A stretch of DNA of 64,000 bases from Eledone cirrhosa (taxonomy: Eukaryota): assembly GCA_964016885.1 (NCBI GenBank), contig OZ024743.1, positions 78,492,001 through 78,556,000 of the forward strand, read 5' to 3'. This document shows, in pieces, positions 1 to 12,645 of the stretch. A program made the position numbers and the translations under genes. The first letter of the stretch is position 1. Each line of letters begins with the position of its first letter. The notes beneath the pieces were generated by a model. That model was not told the origin of the DNA, searched no databases, and saw only the letters and a program-made list of their open reading frames with translations.

Positions 1-86
1 AGCGTAGTGGAAGCAGGTGAAAGCAATCATCATATATATCAGTAGAACATAACGTTTGCGTGTGTGTATGTGTGTAAGTCTACATA

Positions 87-149
<63 letters not shown>

Positions 150-1153
150 ATACATGTATCTACGTGTTCCACTCGTCCGTGTTATCCCTTATGATTACAA
201 TATCATCTACTCCAGTCTCATGCCGTGATCAATACCTCCGCATCATAGCTGTGGGGCTGTGAGTCTATGCAATCCTAAGTTTCCCAGCATACCACGTGGT
301 GTAATAAATAACTCAAATTATCCAAGTCATATAGGTATAGATGTAACTATACATATCGAGCTGTAAGGTACATTCGGCGCATCCACAGTATCGCTTACTA
401 TATTCCAACCTGCTACAATCGTAATCCAATATGCTTAAATTTAATTAATTAAATCAAATCAATTGACCGTTTAATTCCAGTGTTTACAGCGTTCAGGCGC
501 TTCTGTGTTCTTCAGTTTGCCCACATTCAAAGATCAACACTCAGAATATGATGACGTAGTAAACATTTCGAGTGGACATCATAACGCTCCTAGCAGGCCG
601 GCCATTCCCTTGGGGGTAGAGTAAGGGAGGTCAGTCTGGCCGTCTATTTACGAAGATACATATTAAATCATTCCGTGAAAAGGGAGACAACTCTAGATTG
701 TACCCATTTTTACCAAACCCGCCAGGGACAATCAACGCAATATCAAATACCCCCCTGGTATGAGCTGCTCACGCACACTGAGGCCGGTTATGGCATTAAT
801 GTCAGGTTCACCCATAGCACGAGATATTAATAATCACTATAGTCTGCTATAGGAGCAATCCTTTTGCGACCCATACATATATACCACTGTTGTTCGCCGT
901 ATTTCTACATTGATTGATCTCTATGAACGCAGGGTGATCTTACCACACTAAGATGTAGCATTCCTCAAATTCAGGTCAAATCCAGCGAGATCGAAGTTGG
1001 GGTCCCCCTTCATACCAGTTGGGTGCGGGAACATTAAGGGGTATGCAAGTTGAAGAGATAAATGAGTGCTAAAGAAAAGAAAAAGAAAAATAACCTAAGT
1101 TAAGAACGGCTTATCTAGATACACGGCTTAAAATAGAAGAAATAGCTTAGGAT

Positions 1154-1385
1154 TCAAAATATCTCAGATTTCCTATTGAGCAGGTTTTGTCTGGAGTAAA
1201 CTATGGCATGAGTTTCCAGAAGGCACAGGTTACACATTTTGCTCGGTAGGCGATAAGGTGCAGACTTACCCACCTGTCTCCAATTAAGAGTATAGGAGGT
1301 GACGGCTTTTTTTAAAACAGAAATATAGCCTGCCAACGAGGTTGTATTCTTAAGCCTATCATGCCTAAAGGTGCTTCTATGTGAG
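1154..1385 (-). mobile_element. Penelope-like element fragment, C-terminal half of GIY-YIG endonuclease
   Basis: HRSTF..TSL..YI..LK..Y.L.W..CNLCLLE..LLNRKSE matches the C-terminus of the PLE ORFs at 26783, 41292 and 57500 in this window. Confidence 0.8.
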
Positions 1386-1552
1386 TTATATATATATAAT
1401 AACAACAATAGTAACAACAACAACAATAGTAAGAAGAACAGTAAACAAATTAGACAAGAGTAGGTAACTAACAAGGAAAAGGATGTATTATTTCTGGGTG
1501 TATTGCAGAGAAAAGACAGCTTGAGATAACATTGTGTTTACCACATATTGAT

Positions 1553-1553
1553 G

Positions 1554-1607
<54 letters not shown>

Positions 1608-1625
1608 CGTGTGTGTGTGTGTGTG

Positions 1626-1699
<74 letters not shown>

Positions 1700-1902
1700 A
1701 GTGTGTGAGTGTGTGAGTGTGTGAGTGTGTGTGTGAGTGTGTGTCTGTGAGTGTGATGTGTGTGTGAGTGTGTGTGAGTGTGTGTGAGTGTGTGTGAGTG
1801 TGTGTGTTTGTGTGTGTGTGTGTGTGAGTGAGTGTCTGTGTGAGTGTGTGTGTTTGTGTGTGTGTGTGTGTGTGAGAGAGAGTCTCTGTGTGTATGAGTG
1901 TG

Positions 1903-1992
<90 letters not shown>

Positions 1993-2063
1993 TGTGTGTG
2001 AGTGAGTGTGTGTGTGAGTGTGTGTGTATGTGTGTGTGTGTGTGAGAGAGTGTCTGTGTGTAT

Positions 2064-2096
<33 letters not shown>

Positions 2097-2166
2097 TTTG
2101 TGTGTGAGTGTGTGTGTGTGGTGTGTGTGTGATATACGTATATGCAATCTTACATATATATATATA
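1553..2166. repeat. Compound (TA)n/(TG)n/(TGAG) microsatellite
   Basis: Direct reading. Confidence 0.95.
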
Positions 2167-2438
2167 CATTTATAAGCTTATATGTACACACACTCCTTAA
2201 CACACACGCACACGCCCCCCCCCCCCCCCCAATATATATCGTGCAATATCTGAACTCCAACTCATAAATACGTTTTTACATAGTTTTGAATGATGTTCGA
2301 AATGACATTTTTAATGCAATTATTTGTTGGCATATGATAACAGAGACACCTGGTGTCAGCAACCATATAATAGATACTCCGCCGGTTTCGACGATGAGCA
2401 TTCAGTTGTTTGGTCCACTGGACGTCCATCTGGTGAAA

Positions 2439-2580
2439 GTGCATGGCTTAGTGGTTAGAGCATTGGGCTTGCAAGCGAAAAGTTGTGAGTTCAATTCTCA
2501 GACCGGGTGATGTGTTGTTTCCTTGAGCAAGACACTTTATTTCACGTTGGTCTAGTTTACTCAGCTGTAGAAATGAGATG
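2439..2580 (+). mobile_element. tRNA-derived SINE, family B
   Basis: A-box tggcttagtgg, B-box gagttcaattc, then ccttgagcaagacactttatttcac shared with copies at 5750, 18020 and 60431. Confidence 0.8.
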
Positions 2581-2874
2581 ATAGGACTGTGCAACGTGAT
2601 GATATCTACCAGTGCAACGTGAGGACGGACACCCCCAACAAAGCTTATATCGGATTAACCGCTATTAACCATTTATAGCAGATGTGTTAGACCCCTGTAA
2701 TTTTGTATCATGTTTGTTACTACTCCAATTCTACATTTCTAAATTTCTCATTTAGTATTTTCTATTCTCAACTTATTAACCTGTAGTTGTAAGATAGCAT
2801 TGGCGGAATACGCTTTATTAACTATTTATAGTAACTGTGTTAGACCCCTGAAAAGTTTGCATTATATTTTTTCA

Positions 2875-3062
2875 CGGTGGATTGGCAGTATCGGTAGAGG
2901 GTCGGACGCCATGCTTTGAAGCATAGAGTTACCTCCCTTTATGATCTGAGTTCAAATCCCGCCGAGGTTAACTTTGCCTTTCATCCTTACAGGGTCGATA
3001 AAATAAAGTATCAGTAATACACTGGGATAATTGCTGGCCTTGTGCCAAAAGTAGAAACAATT
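2875..3062 (+). mobile_element. tRNA-derived SINE, family A (~190 bp)
   Basis: A-box tggcagtatcgg, B-box gagttcaaatc, central gcctttcatccttacggggtcgataaaataaagtaccag; about 15 copies in the window. Confidence 0.9.
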
Positions 3063-3539
3063 ATATTTTTTCACTACCCACTTCTACAATTTCTTATTTA
3101 GTATTTTCCATTCTCAACTTATTAACATCTTCTATAGCTTTGGCCGTACAAGCAACACCTACTAATTATAGCAGCTGTTTCTAGACTCTACTGTTTTTGT
3201 TTTTTTTATTCATTTCTCACTATCTAATTATATATATATTTTTTATATTTCTTTCTATTATTTTTTATTGTCTCCTACTCTCATTTGACTTACCTATTCT
3301 ATAACTTCCCTCCTCTATTTTCTCCAGAACAATTTTTTCGACTTTTCATACACTATCCTTAGAATCTGCTGTATAGATATCAGTTTCAATGCTTGACCAG
3401 CTCCACTCACTCCCTCATTGTTCTACAGGCAAGTTCAGAAACCCCTACCTCCCATCAAATGCCATGACAGACTTATTTGTGTTTACAACAAATTTTGACC
3501 AATCCTCTTGACAACTACAATCTTCCCATATAAGGAAGT

Positions 3540-3635
3540 ACACCTTGACAAGTTCGGTTATTTATTTACCGGGCTAAAAATTCTAATTTAATCCAGAAAT
3601 AGCCGTCGAAACGGCTTGAGCTCTGCTGTCGGGGT
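3540..3635 (+). ncRNA. Hammerhead ribozyme-like motif, U3-A8 core variant
   Basis: acacc-TTGACAA-stem II (gttcggttattt/aaatagccgtc)-GAAA-cggc...gctg-TC-ggggt; one mismatch in stem I. Confidence 0.6.
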
Positions 3636-3643
3636 CATACTTT

Positions 3644-3704
<61 letters not shown>

Positions 3705-3965
3705 TGAATATATGAGAGGGGTGAACACCGATACAAGTATACATGTGTTCGAATTGCAAATGACCAAGTTAGCTAGGTTGAAAAAATACTAATTTAAAAC
3801 AAAATGGTTTGCCTGTCTCGATTTAAAGTAATAAATCAATAAAAATAACAAACCTATATCGGGCAACTGCCGTTTGTAAAAGACTATTTTGAGTTTCTAA
3901 CTCAATCTATGATATATATATCACAGAAAAAAGAGAATCAGTGTTGCGACGAAAGGAATTTATTG

Positions 3966-4061
3966 GACATATTACAAATGTTTCTCGCTCGACCAGCTCG
4001 AGGCATGATCGATATGATGATCACACCTGACTCTGAAATCAACACGGTCGTCAAATACGTC
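3966..4061 (-). ncRNA. Hammerhead-like motif with long stem II region
   Basis: Minus strand: gacgtat-TTGACGA-~65 nt-GAAA-catttg-TA-atatgtc; 7-bp stem I. Confidence 0.5.
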
Positions 4062-4589
4062 TCGATTCTACGAAGCAGATTTTCCAATTATATATATATA
4101 TATATATATATATGAATGGAAAGGGACAAGGTGCTGTATGGTTACTAATAAAGAGTGTTTAGAACTGTAAATGAAACACATAGACATAGACAATTCCCCT
4201 CTTCAGTTGTCTGCAGTGGGTCTCAGATGTTTCGGACATTAAAGACAATACATCTATCCACAGTGCGTTAATAACTTCAGGAAGTTATTACGGAAATAAA
4301 AGACAAAAAAGAGACGATAGCGAAGAGAAAGAAAATAAACAGAAGAGAAAAACCCCCAGAAAACATACCGACGGAGAGGGGGAAACACAGATACATACGA
4401 GGGTAAGTTGAAGGAGTAATGCTAGAGCTGTGAAATCTTGCTTGCATTAATTTCAACTTTTCAGCCTAACTTTGTATAGTGTTAAGTGGCTGAGTATTCC
4501 ACTGGTCCGCAGGCCATTAACGTAATTCCCAAGCCGAGTCAGCGAGTCACAATGTGTGACAACTGGTACACTCCACCTTTCATTATGGT

Positions 4590-4707
4590 GTTAAGTTCAA
4601 ATCCCGCCGAGGTTAACTTTGCCTTTCATCCTTACAGGGTCGATAAAATAAAGTACCAGTAATACACTGGGATAATTGCTGGCCTTGTGCCAAAAGTAGA
4701 AACAATT
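4590..4707 (+). mobile_element. SINE family A, 5'-truncated
   Basis: Matches the 3' two-thirds of 2875-3062. Confidence 0.85.
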
Positions 4708-5749
4708 ATAGTGTTAAGTGTAATTCACAGACACGTGTACCCAAAACGTAACATCCAGATCACACCAGTGTAACACAATATATGTATGAGGTTAGATCCT
4801 TGGTTTACAGTTACTCCCCACCTGATTAACTTCCACACAATATTCGTCTACTCAATTTCCTTTACAAGGTATGGCCCCATCTCCTGCTATGTTCATGACA
4901 TTGCGCAATGGGATTAAACGTGGAATATCATACCTGGGAAGTGAACTTCTTACTCCTCCATCACATGTCCACGTAAGATTTCAAAAGAAATCAATTTGTT
5001 CAAGGTTCTCTCTCTCTCTGTGTCTCCGTCCCTCTCCCTCTCTCTCCTTCTCTCTCCTTCTCTCTCTCTACCCCCTCTCTCTCCCCCTCTCTCTCTCTGC
5101 ATGTATATATATATATATATGTAAAAGGTAAAGAGAGAGAACAAAGTGAACGACACAATACAATGAAGAAATATATTGTATTGTGTCGTTCAATACAATA
5201 TATTATCAGTTTTACGCTTAGTTAAACTGTTCTGCTGAGAAACATATTCATCATACATATTACATGTTATGGTACTTATATCAGTATATATCTGATCGAA
5301 ATTCTTAATTTGTTGAGCTGCTTGTGCTGGTACATCGCACATCTTTCTAGCGGACACTACGTCCAGTCCTATTTATATCCGCCGTTAAAAATTACACCAC
5401 GGGGTATGGATTGACTACTTCTCATGAACATGACAGATATAAAGGTATTTTGTACTGGAACTTATAATAAGATGATTTCCTCTGACGATTAGTTTCGCGT
5501 CTTCCGGACCTATACCAAAATCAATAGTTGGTAATCGATGATTGATTGTTTAGATCGATTTTCACTCCGGTTTTACAAAGTATGGAAAATAATAACTTTT
5601 CCACATAAAAGTAGTATTTCCTAAATATTATAGGCTATATATATCGATAGTCGATCGACTTTCTTCAAATCGGACCGAGGAAACAATGTTTCCATTGGTC
5701 TTTCCAATTGCTAATACTTTCTATCGGTCGCAACTCCAGGTAAAAGAAG

Positions 5750-5868
5750 CAAAGTGAAATAAAGTGTCTTGCTCAAGGACATAACGTATCGCCCGGTACG
5801 GGTATCAAACTCACGATCTCACGATTGAGAGTCCAATTCTCTAACTACTTAACTACGCGCATTCACCA
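5750..5868 (-). mobile_element. SINE family B
   Basis: Reverse complement resembles 2439-2560 (gtgaaataaagtgtcttgctcaagga). Confidence 0.75.
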
Positions 5869-6921
5869 TATATATATATATGTACTAAATTTTATATATT
5901 TCTCAAATGATATATATGGCTATATACATATATATTTTAATTTGAATTATTGATGCTCTGGACAAACGTCCCTTGAGAGTTTTCTACACAGAAATATATT
6001 CATCAAACATATTATATATGTTATGAAACTTAGTATATATCTGCTCCAAATTCTTGCATGAATGAAAATCCATAAAAATTACTATTAATGTTCTTTTTAT
6101 TATTATTACTTTTACTATTATTAATATCTTCAGTATTTCTAAGTTTAATCATTTTACTTTTATTAACATCACTAGCAGATAAAACCACCCATGGGGTGGT
6201 TTTCTGCTAGCATGTGTAGTGTGTATATTGATATTATACCAAGTATATATACATGTAGATATGATACATCAAATAAAATCGTAATTGACAATATACACAG
6301 AAATTGAACGAAGTCTATGTTACACTGTCTTATGTAATCAGTAACGTAATCCATGATACATTAAAAAAAGACGATATTATATATAAACTGCATTAGAAGA
6401 AAATTAGTGACGGAAATATATGAATGTTTATTTAAGCGATCACTAACCGGAAGTGTTGACATTTGAACATTTTAAAGAAGTGAATCTTTAAGTAAGCAAT
6501 AAAATATATTTAATCAAAAGCTACGAAATTTAGTAGATAAATTATGTAATATTCATTCATTATTTATTCAAAGTAATCTAAATTATTTTACAAATGGGAT
6601 AAACAATTATATTCTGCATGCAGTCCCGCACTCCTTTCTTTATTATAGTCAAGATTTTCCATATATGGTATTCTAAAAAGAATATGTTTTTTCCATAGCA
6701 AGAATCTGTTCTTCCCGCTCGACATAATAGTGTAATTATCCTAGCATATATTTTGCTCATCTCAAGAGAATGTCTTCACCTACTACCGTTATAGCTTCCT
6801 GTTTTCTAAAGGCAATATTTGATCATAGCGTTTTTCAAATATTTACCTCTGCGTCTACAGGTTAATGTTTCTCGGTTTCAGAAAAGAACCGCAGTAATTT
6901 ATTGCTTAAACTTATCATTTT

Positions 6922-6989
<68 letters not shown>

Positions 6990-7009
6990 ATAATAATAAT
7001 TATAATAAT

Positions 7010-8458
7010 GATTTCATTTATTAGCCACAAGGGCCGACATGTAGGGGATAATACAAAGACAGGGACAGTGGGGGTTTACAATAAGGTCGAGTAAAAGTGT
7101 ACAATGGCAAGAATAATTTAACAATGAAGATATAAAAATATAAAATAAACTATGCATAAATATAACAAAATAAATTCCCCGAAAGGGGGTGGATGACTCT
7201 GGGGTGACTCGGGTACCCCACCAATCCTGAACCACCCTGCGCTTCTAGGGCACCCAGGGAGAGCACCCCTGTCCTCAAGTTAGCTAGCCTATAGGCGTAT
7301 GGTCAGAGTAGGCCCATTCACACGAGCCATTCTCGCCACATTCACCCACCTTTTAGCAAATGTACTGGGGGGAGGGGGCAGCACTTCTCTCTCCACCCTC
7401 ACCTTCCTTTCCAGGGGAAACTTGAAGAAGTTGATGAGGGATTGGCCGAAGAGAAAAGTGTCTGTCTTCAGTCCTTTTAACCTGGTCCACCATATAACCT
7501 CTTTCGCAACTGCAACCAGACAGAGGAAAATTTCCTGCTCTTCCTGACCTAAGGAAGGCGCTGGGTCGATCTTCACTATGGACTCGGCCGATAGCCGAAT
7601 TCGTTCCACACGCGACAGTAGCTGTTCGACGTAATTCCATAAGTCAGTAATGCATGGACATTGGACAAGTGCGTGCAGAACGGTTTCGTCGTTCTGTGCG
7701 CATCTTGGGCAGGTCCGTCTGGCAGCACTTCCGTGCCTGTAGAGTTTATCCCGAACGGGCAGAGCCCCCCGGTAGCACTGCCAAGCGAGGGATTTCTGGA
7801 AATTGTCCATCGTCCCCGGCTCAAAATTCCTCCAGTACAGACTGGTCAGTTCGACTTCGTCGAGGCCCAAAGCTTCTCCGAGTACGTCATCGCACTTGCC
7901 CACCACTAATCCTCTATAGAACTCAGTTCCACTGATCGCATTGCCCGCTTGGTAGAGGGTAGTGAGTGCCTGGCAACATTCCAGGTGCCAGTCACCCAGT
8001 CTCGGTCTCTTCTTGACCCAGGACTGCAGCTCAGTCAAAGAAATGAGCTGCGGAAAGGTCCGTCTGATAAACGGCGACCACACCTGTTCACCGTTGAGGC
8101 AGAATATCTGGAGATGTCGCAGCCTCAACGCATGTTTGCGCATCATTAGCCACGGCATGCCCAGCCCTCCGCGTAGAGGGTGCTGGCAGCAGATTGACCG
8201 CCTCACCAACGGAACTTGTCCCCTCCACAAGAATTTGAAGAGGAGCCGTTCCAACTTGACGAGGCGCGGACGGAGGAAAGGCACGACGGTCAGGCGGTAG
8301 TATATGACGGCCGCGATGTACGCATTCGCCACCTCCGCGCGACCTTTCAGTGATAGTTTCCTCCCAATCCATTTTTGGGTGAGACTGGTTACTCTGCTCC
8401 TTACCTCGTCCCAATTTGTTTCCACCTGGCAGTCTGGTCCGAACCAAACCCCGAACAA
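7010..8458 (-). mobile_element. 5'-truncated Tx1/L1-clade LINE (ORF2 C-terminus at 7289-8458 plus 3' UTR)
   Basis: GVWFG..W..RKLSLKGR..V.N..I...Y, HP..GGLG.P, and zf-RVT-like CPRC..DETVLHALVQCP. Confidence 0.9.
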
Positions 8459-8645
8459 CTTTATAATAATAATAATAATAAATATATATATATATATATA
8501 TATAGTATGCTAGGGAAAGGATCAGGGGTGTATAACACTCCACTTATCCAGCAGGCAGTATGAGGTTAGCTCAATGTCTGAGGACAGAGCCGTAATATAA
8601 TAAATAAATAACAAAGAACGCTTATAGCATATGCATATCTTTACT

Positions 8646-8691
8646 TGCTAACATTGTTTCATCCGCACTATAAGTGGGACTCATCAGAGCA
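8646..8691 (-). ncRNA. Minimal type I hammerhead ribozyme
   Basis: Reverse complement of 11717-11762. Confidence 0.7.
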
Positions 8692-9300
8692 TAAAGGTTA
8701 ATTACATACCATACAAGCAATAACAAATCCAAGACATTGAAGAATGAAAGGTAATAATAGACGATAGAGGATAAGAATAAAAATAAAAATAAAAGTAAAA
8801 ATAAAAATAAAAATAAAAATAAGGGGTGCTATCAGTCACAGTTGGGCGGTGTGCTGTCAACATATAGTTACATACAAGCATACACATGGATAAGAGAACA
8901 GACAAGAGTAGACACATGGATAAGAGAACAGACAAGAGTAGATAAGATAATGGGATTAGGTAAGAGTAGGTAAAAAATAGGTAAAAAATAGGTAAAAAAA
9001 GGTAAAAAATAGGTAAAAAACAGACTTATAATATATATAAAAAGAAATACAAAGAAATACATAACAAACTTACATATAAAATATAAAATATAAAATATAG
9101 GGTAAGGAATGAGATAAAATAATATAAAATTAAAAATTAAAAATTATATACATAGAACATAATATAGTATAATCGTAAAATAAGATAAAATAAGGTAAAC
9201 TAAAATCAAATAACATAGACTAAATTAAAATAATATAATATAAGATATAATTAAAATCAAATGTATAATTATATGTATAATTAAATGTAATTAAATGTAA

Positions 9301-9340
<40 letters not shown>

Positions 9341-9409
9341 AAATTAAATAAATAAATAAAATTAAAATTTAAATTTTAAAATTTTAAAATTAAAATCTAA
9401 ATTTAAATA

Positions 9410-9444
<35 letters not shown>

Positions 9445-10951
9445 ATGGAGTCAAGTAAGTAAATAAATAAAATTAGATAACATGAAATGAAATAAAATAA
9501 AATGAAATAAAGTAAATTGAGATAAGATATATATTTTTTTAGAATATATCTCTTGAATATATCAGGGGCCCACGAAGGCACTAAATGTCACAGTTATGTG
9601 TATCACTTGACCAATTTTTTAAAATATATTTCTTGAAAACATCAGGGGCCCACGAAGGCACTAAGTGTCACAGTCACCAGTATCACTTGACCATTGCAAG
9701 GCAATGGAGGCGTCCCAGGTTGGGCAGTCTCGAAAGTTCACTCGAAAGTCATGGGTGTGCATTCACACAGTTGAGCGGTGGGGTAATCACAAACCGGTTC
9801 ACACACCAATTTTTTAAAATATATTTCTTGAAAACATCAGGGGCCCACGAAGGCACTAAGTGTCACAGTCACCAGTATCACTTGACCATTGCAAGGCAAT
9901 GGAGGCGTCCCAGGTTGGGCAGTCTCGAAAGTTCACTCGAAAGTCATGGGTGTGCATTCACACAGTTGAGCGGTGGGGTAATCTCAAACCGGTTCACACA
10001 CGGGCAGGAGTCAAATGGTCAGAGAGGTGCATCAAAGGAGGTAGAAGAATTCACATGCATTAGCAAGCGAGGTGAGGTTAAAGCAAGCAGACATAGTTGT
10101 AGCGCATACAAAATATATATAAAAAGACAGAAGATATATAAAAAAAAAAAAAAAAATAGCTTCAAGAGCCATTAAGTCACCGCATTGGGACATCAATCTT
10201 GTGATGTCCCAATGCGGTGACTTAATGGCTCTTGAAGCTATTTTTTTATTTTTTTTATATATCTTCTGTCTTTTTATATATATTTTGTATGCGCTACAAC
10301 TATGTCTGCTTGCTTTAACCTCACCTCGCTTGCTAATGCATGTGAATTCTTCTACCTCCTTTGATGCACCTCTCTGACCATTTGACTCCTGCCCGTGTGT
10401 GAACCGGTTTGAGATTACCCCACCGCTCACCTGTGTGAATGCACACCCATGACTTTCGAGTGAACTTTCGAGACTGCCCAACCTGGGACGCCTCCATTGC
10501 CTTGCAATGGTCAAGTGATACTGGTGACTGTGACACTTAGTGCCTTCGTGGGCCCCTGATGTTTTCAAGAAATATATTTTAAAAAATTGGTGTGTGAACC
10601 GGTTTGTGATTACCCCACCGCTCAACTGTGTGAATGCACACCCATGACTTTCGAGTGAACTTTCGAGACTGCCCAACCTGGGACGCCTCCATTGCCTTGC
10701 AATGGTCAAGTGATACTGGTGACTGTGACACTTAGTGCCTTCGTGGGCCCCTGATGTTTTCAAGAAATATATTTTAAAAAATTGGTCAAGTGATACACAT
10801 AACTGTGACATTTAGTGCCTTCGTGGGCCCCTGATATATTCAAGAGATATATTCTAAAAAAATATATATCTTATCTCAATTTACTTTATTTCATTTTATT
10901 TTATTTCATTTCATGTTATCTAATTTTATTTATTTACTTACTTGACTCCAT

Positions 10952-11006
<55 letters not shown>

Positions 11007-11075
11007 TATTTAAATTTAGATTTTAATTTTAAAATTTTAAAATTTAAATTTTAATTTTATTTATTTATTTAATTT

Positions 11076-11107
<32 letters not shown>

Positions 11108-11716
11108 TTACATTTAATTACATTTAATTATACATATAATTATACATTTGATTTTAATTATATCTTATATTATATTATTTTAATTTAGTCTATGTTATTT
11201 GATTTTAGTTTACCTTATTTTATCTTATTTTACGATTATACTATATTATGTTCTATGTATATAATTTTTAATTTTTAATTTTATATTATTTTATCTCATT
11301 CCTTACCCTATATTTTATATTTTATATTTTATATGTAAGTTTGTTATGTATTTCTTTGTATTTCTTTTTATATATATTATAAGTCTGTTTTTTACCTATT
11401 TTTTACCTTTTTTTACCTATTTTTTACCTATTTTTTACCTACTCTTACCTAATCCCATTATCTTATCTACTCTTGTCTGTTCTCTTATCCATGTGTCTAC
11501 TCTTGTCTGTTCTCTTATCCATGTGTATGCTTGTATGTAACTATATGTTGACAGCACACCGCCCAACTGTGACTGATAGCACCCCTTATTTTTATTTTTA
11601 TTTTTATTTTTACTTTTATTTTTATTTTTATTCTTATCCTCTATCGTCTATTATTACCTTTCATTCTTCAATGTCTTGGATTTGTTATTGCTTGTATGGT
11701 ATGTAATTAACCTTTA

Positions 11717-11762
11717 TGCTCTGATGAGTCCCACTTATAGTGCGGATGAAACAATGTTAGCA
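11717..11762 (+). ncRNA. Minimal type I hammerhead ribozyme
   Basis: tgct-CTGATGA-gtcc.cact-tat-agtg.c.ggat-GAAA-c-aat-g-TT-agca. Confidence 0.7.
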
Positions 11763-11805
11763 AGTAAAGATATGCATATGCTATAAGCGTTCTTTGTTAT
11801 TTATT

Positions 11806-11873
<68 letters not shown>

Positions 11874-11892
11874 GTAAGTATGTATGTATGTC

Positions 11893-12274
11893 AAGGCAGA
11901 ATTCTAGGAGAAGGAAAACTCTGATATAACACCTGCAACCCTGATGGTATCCAATGATGTTGACTTGTTCTTCTTTTTGGTAAATATCATCTTGGTTAAG
12001 AGAGTGGGACTGGCTTTGTGCAGTGCCTTTGCTCACTATAAAAGCTTCACGACACAGGCATTGCTTTATATCTGGAGATCTCTCTGCACTTGTCGTCTCA
12101 TGTTACCATGGGCCTAGCACTATGTGTCAATAATTGTCACAAGTGTAGTGTTTGTAGCAGAGTTTTCAAGTCGCTGGCTGGACTAAAAAGCCACACACGT
12201 TCAGCGCATCGGTAGTGGTTCTCCTAAATGGATATAAAGTAGTGGCCATACTCGAAAACGAGTTGGCAGCCACC
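11893..12274 (+). mobile_element. RTE-like LINE-derived repeat, 3' part
   Basis: Encodes CSVCSRVFKSLAGLKSH zinc-finger-like remnant; longer inverted copy at 49375-49977. Confidence 0.65.
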
Positions 12275-12291
12275 ATATATATATATGTAGG

Positions 12292-12478
12292 AACAAGTAT
12301 GACCCCGACGGCAGAGCTCAAGCCGTTTCGACGGCTAATTCTGGACTGAATTAGCCGTCGAAACGGCTTGAGCTCTGCCGTCGGGGTCATACTTGTGCCT
12401 ATTACCCACTCTACTACCCTAAGTATTGAGTACTTTGGTGCGTTATGGTCCATGTGGTTCCTTACCACATTTCCTTGG

Positions 12479-12480
<2 letters not shown>
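12292..12480 (+). mobile_element. PLE 3' terminus with fold-back (hairpin 12292-12396)
   Basis: Same sequence as the 40829-40970 / 43685-43741 terminus; left part is an inverted copy; flanked by (TA)n. Confidence 0.85.
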
Positions 12481-12535
<55 letters not shown>

Positions 12536-12645
12536 AAAGTTCTATTTAAATTGTTGGGATACAACAACCAAATATTTTTATAACTGATATAAAGCACTCA
12601 AAATATTTGGAGTAATAATACGATATTAATATATAGAAACTATAT

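Larger units (their letters stand above)
2604..3645 (+). mobile_element. Degraded Penelope-like element (GIY-YIG remnant plus 3' UTR), same family as 40829-43741
   Basis: 2604-2662 nearly matches 42120-42178 (IYQCNVRTD..NKAYIGLT); 3380-3645 resembles 43480-43741; interrupted by a SINE. Confidence 0.75.
8595..11812. repeat. 3.2-kb near-perfect palindrome (1.6-kb arms, ~6-nt spacer at 10196-10201), probably two head-to-head PLE 3' ends
   Basis: Arms are reverse complements (mirrored ORFs in the track); each carries an HHR near its outer end; right arm runs into (TA)n. Confidence 0.9.

Noticed and set aside
478-520. Possible HHR on minus strand (CTGAAGA)
   Set aside because: No GAAA after stem II and no convincing stems I or III
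2875-2965. tRNA gene
   Set aside because: A and B boxes belong to SINE heads; no cloverleaf
9611-10000. 195-bp repeat as a second retrozyme
   Set aside because: Could not fold a complete hammerhead on either strand
9585-10811. 196-aa and 259-aa ORFs with an internal 65-aa repeat
   Set aside because: Products of the 195-bp duplication and the palindrome; no recognisable domain
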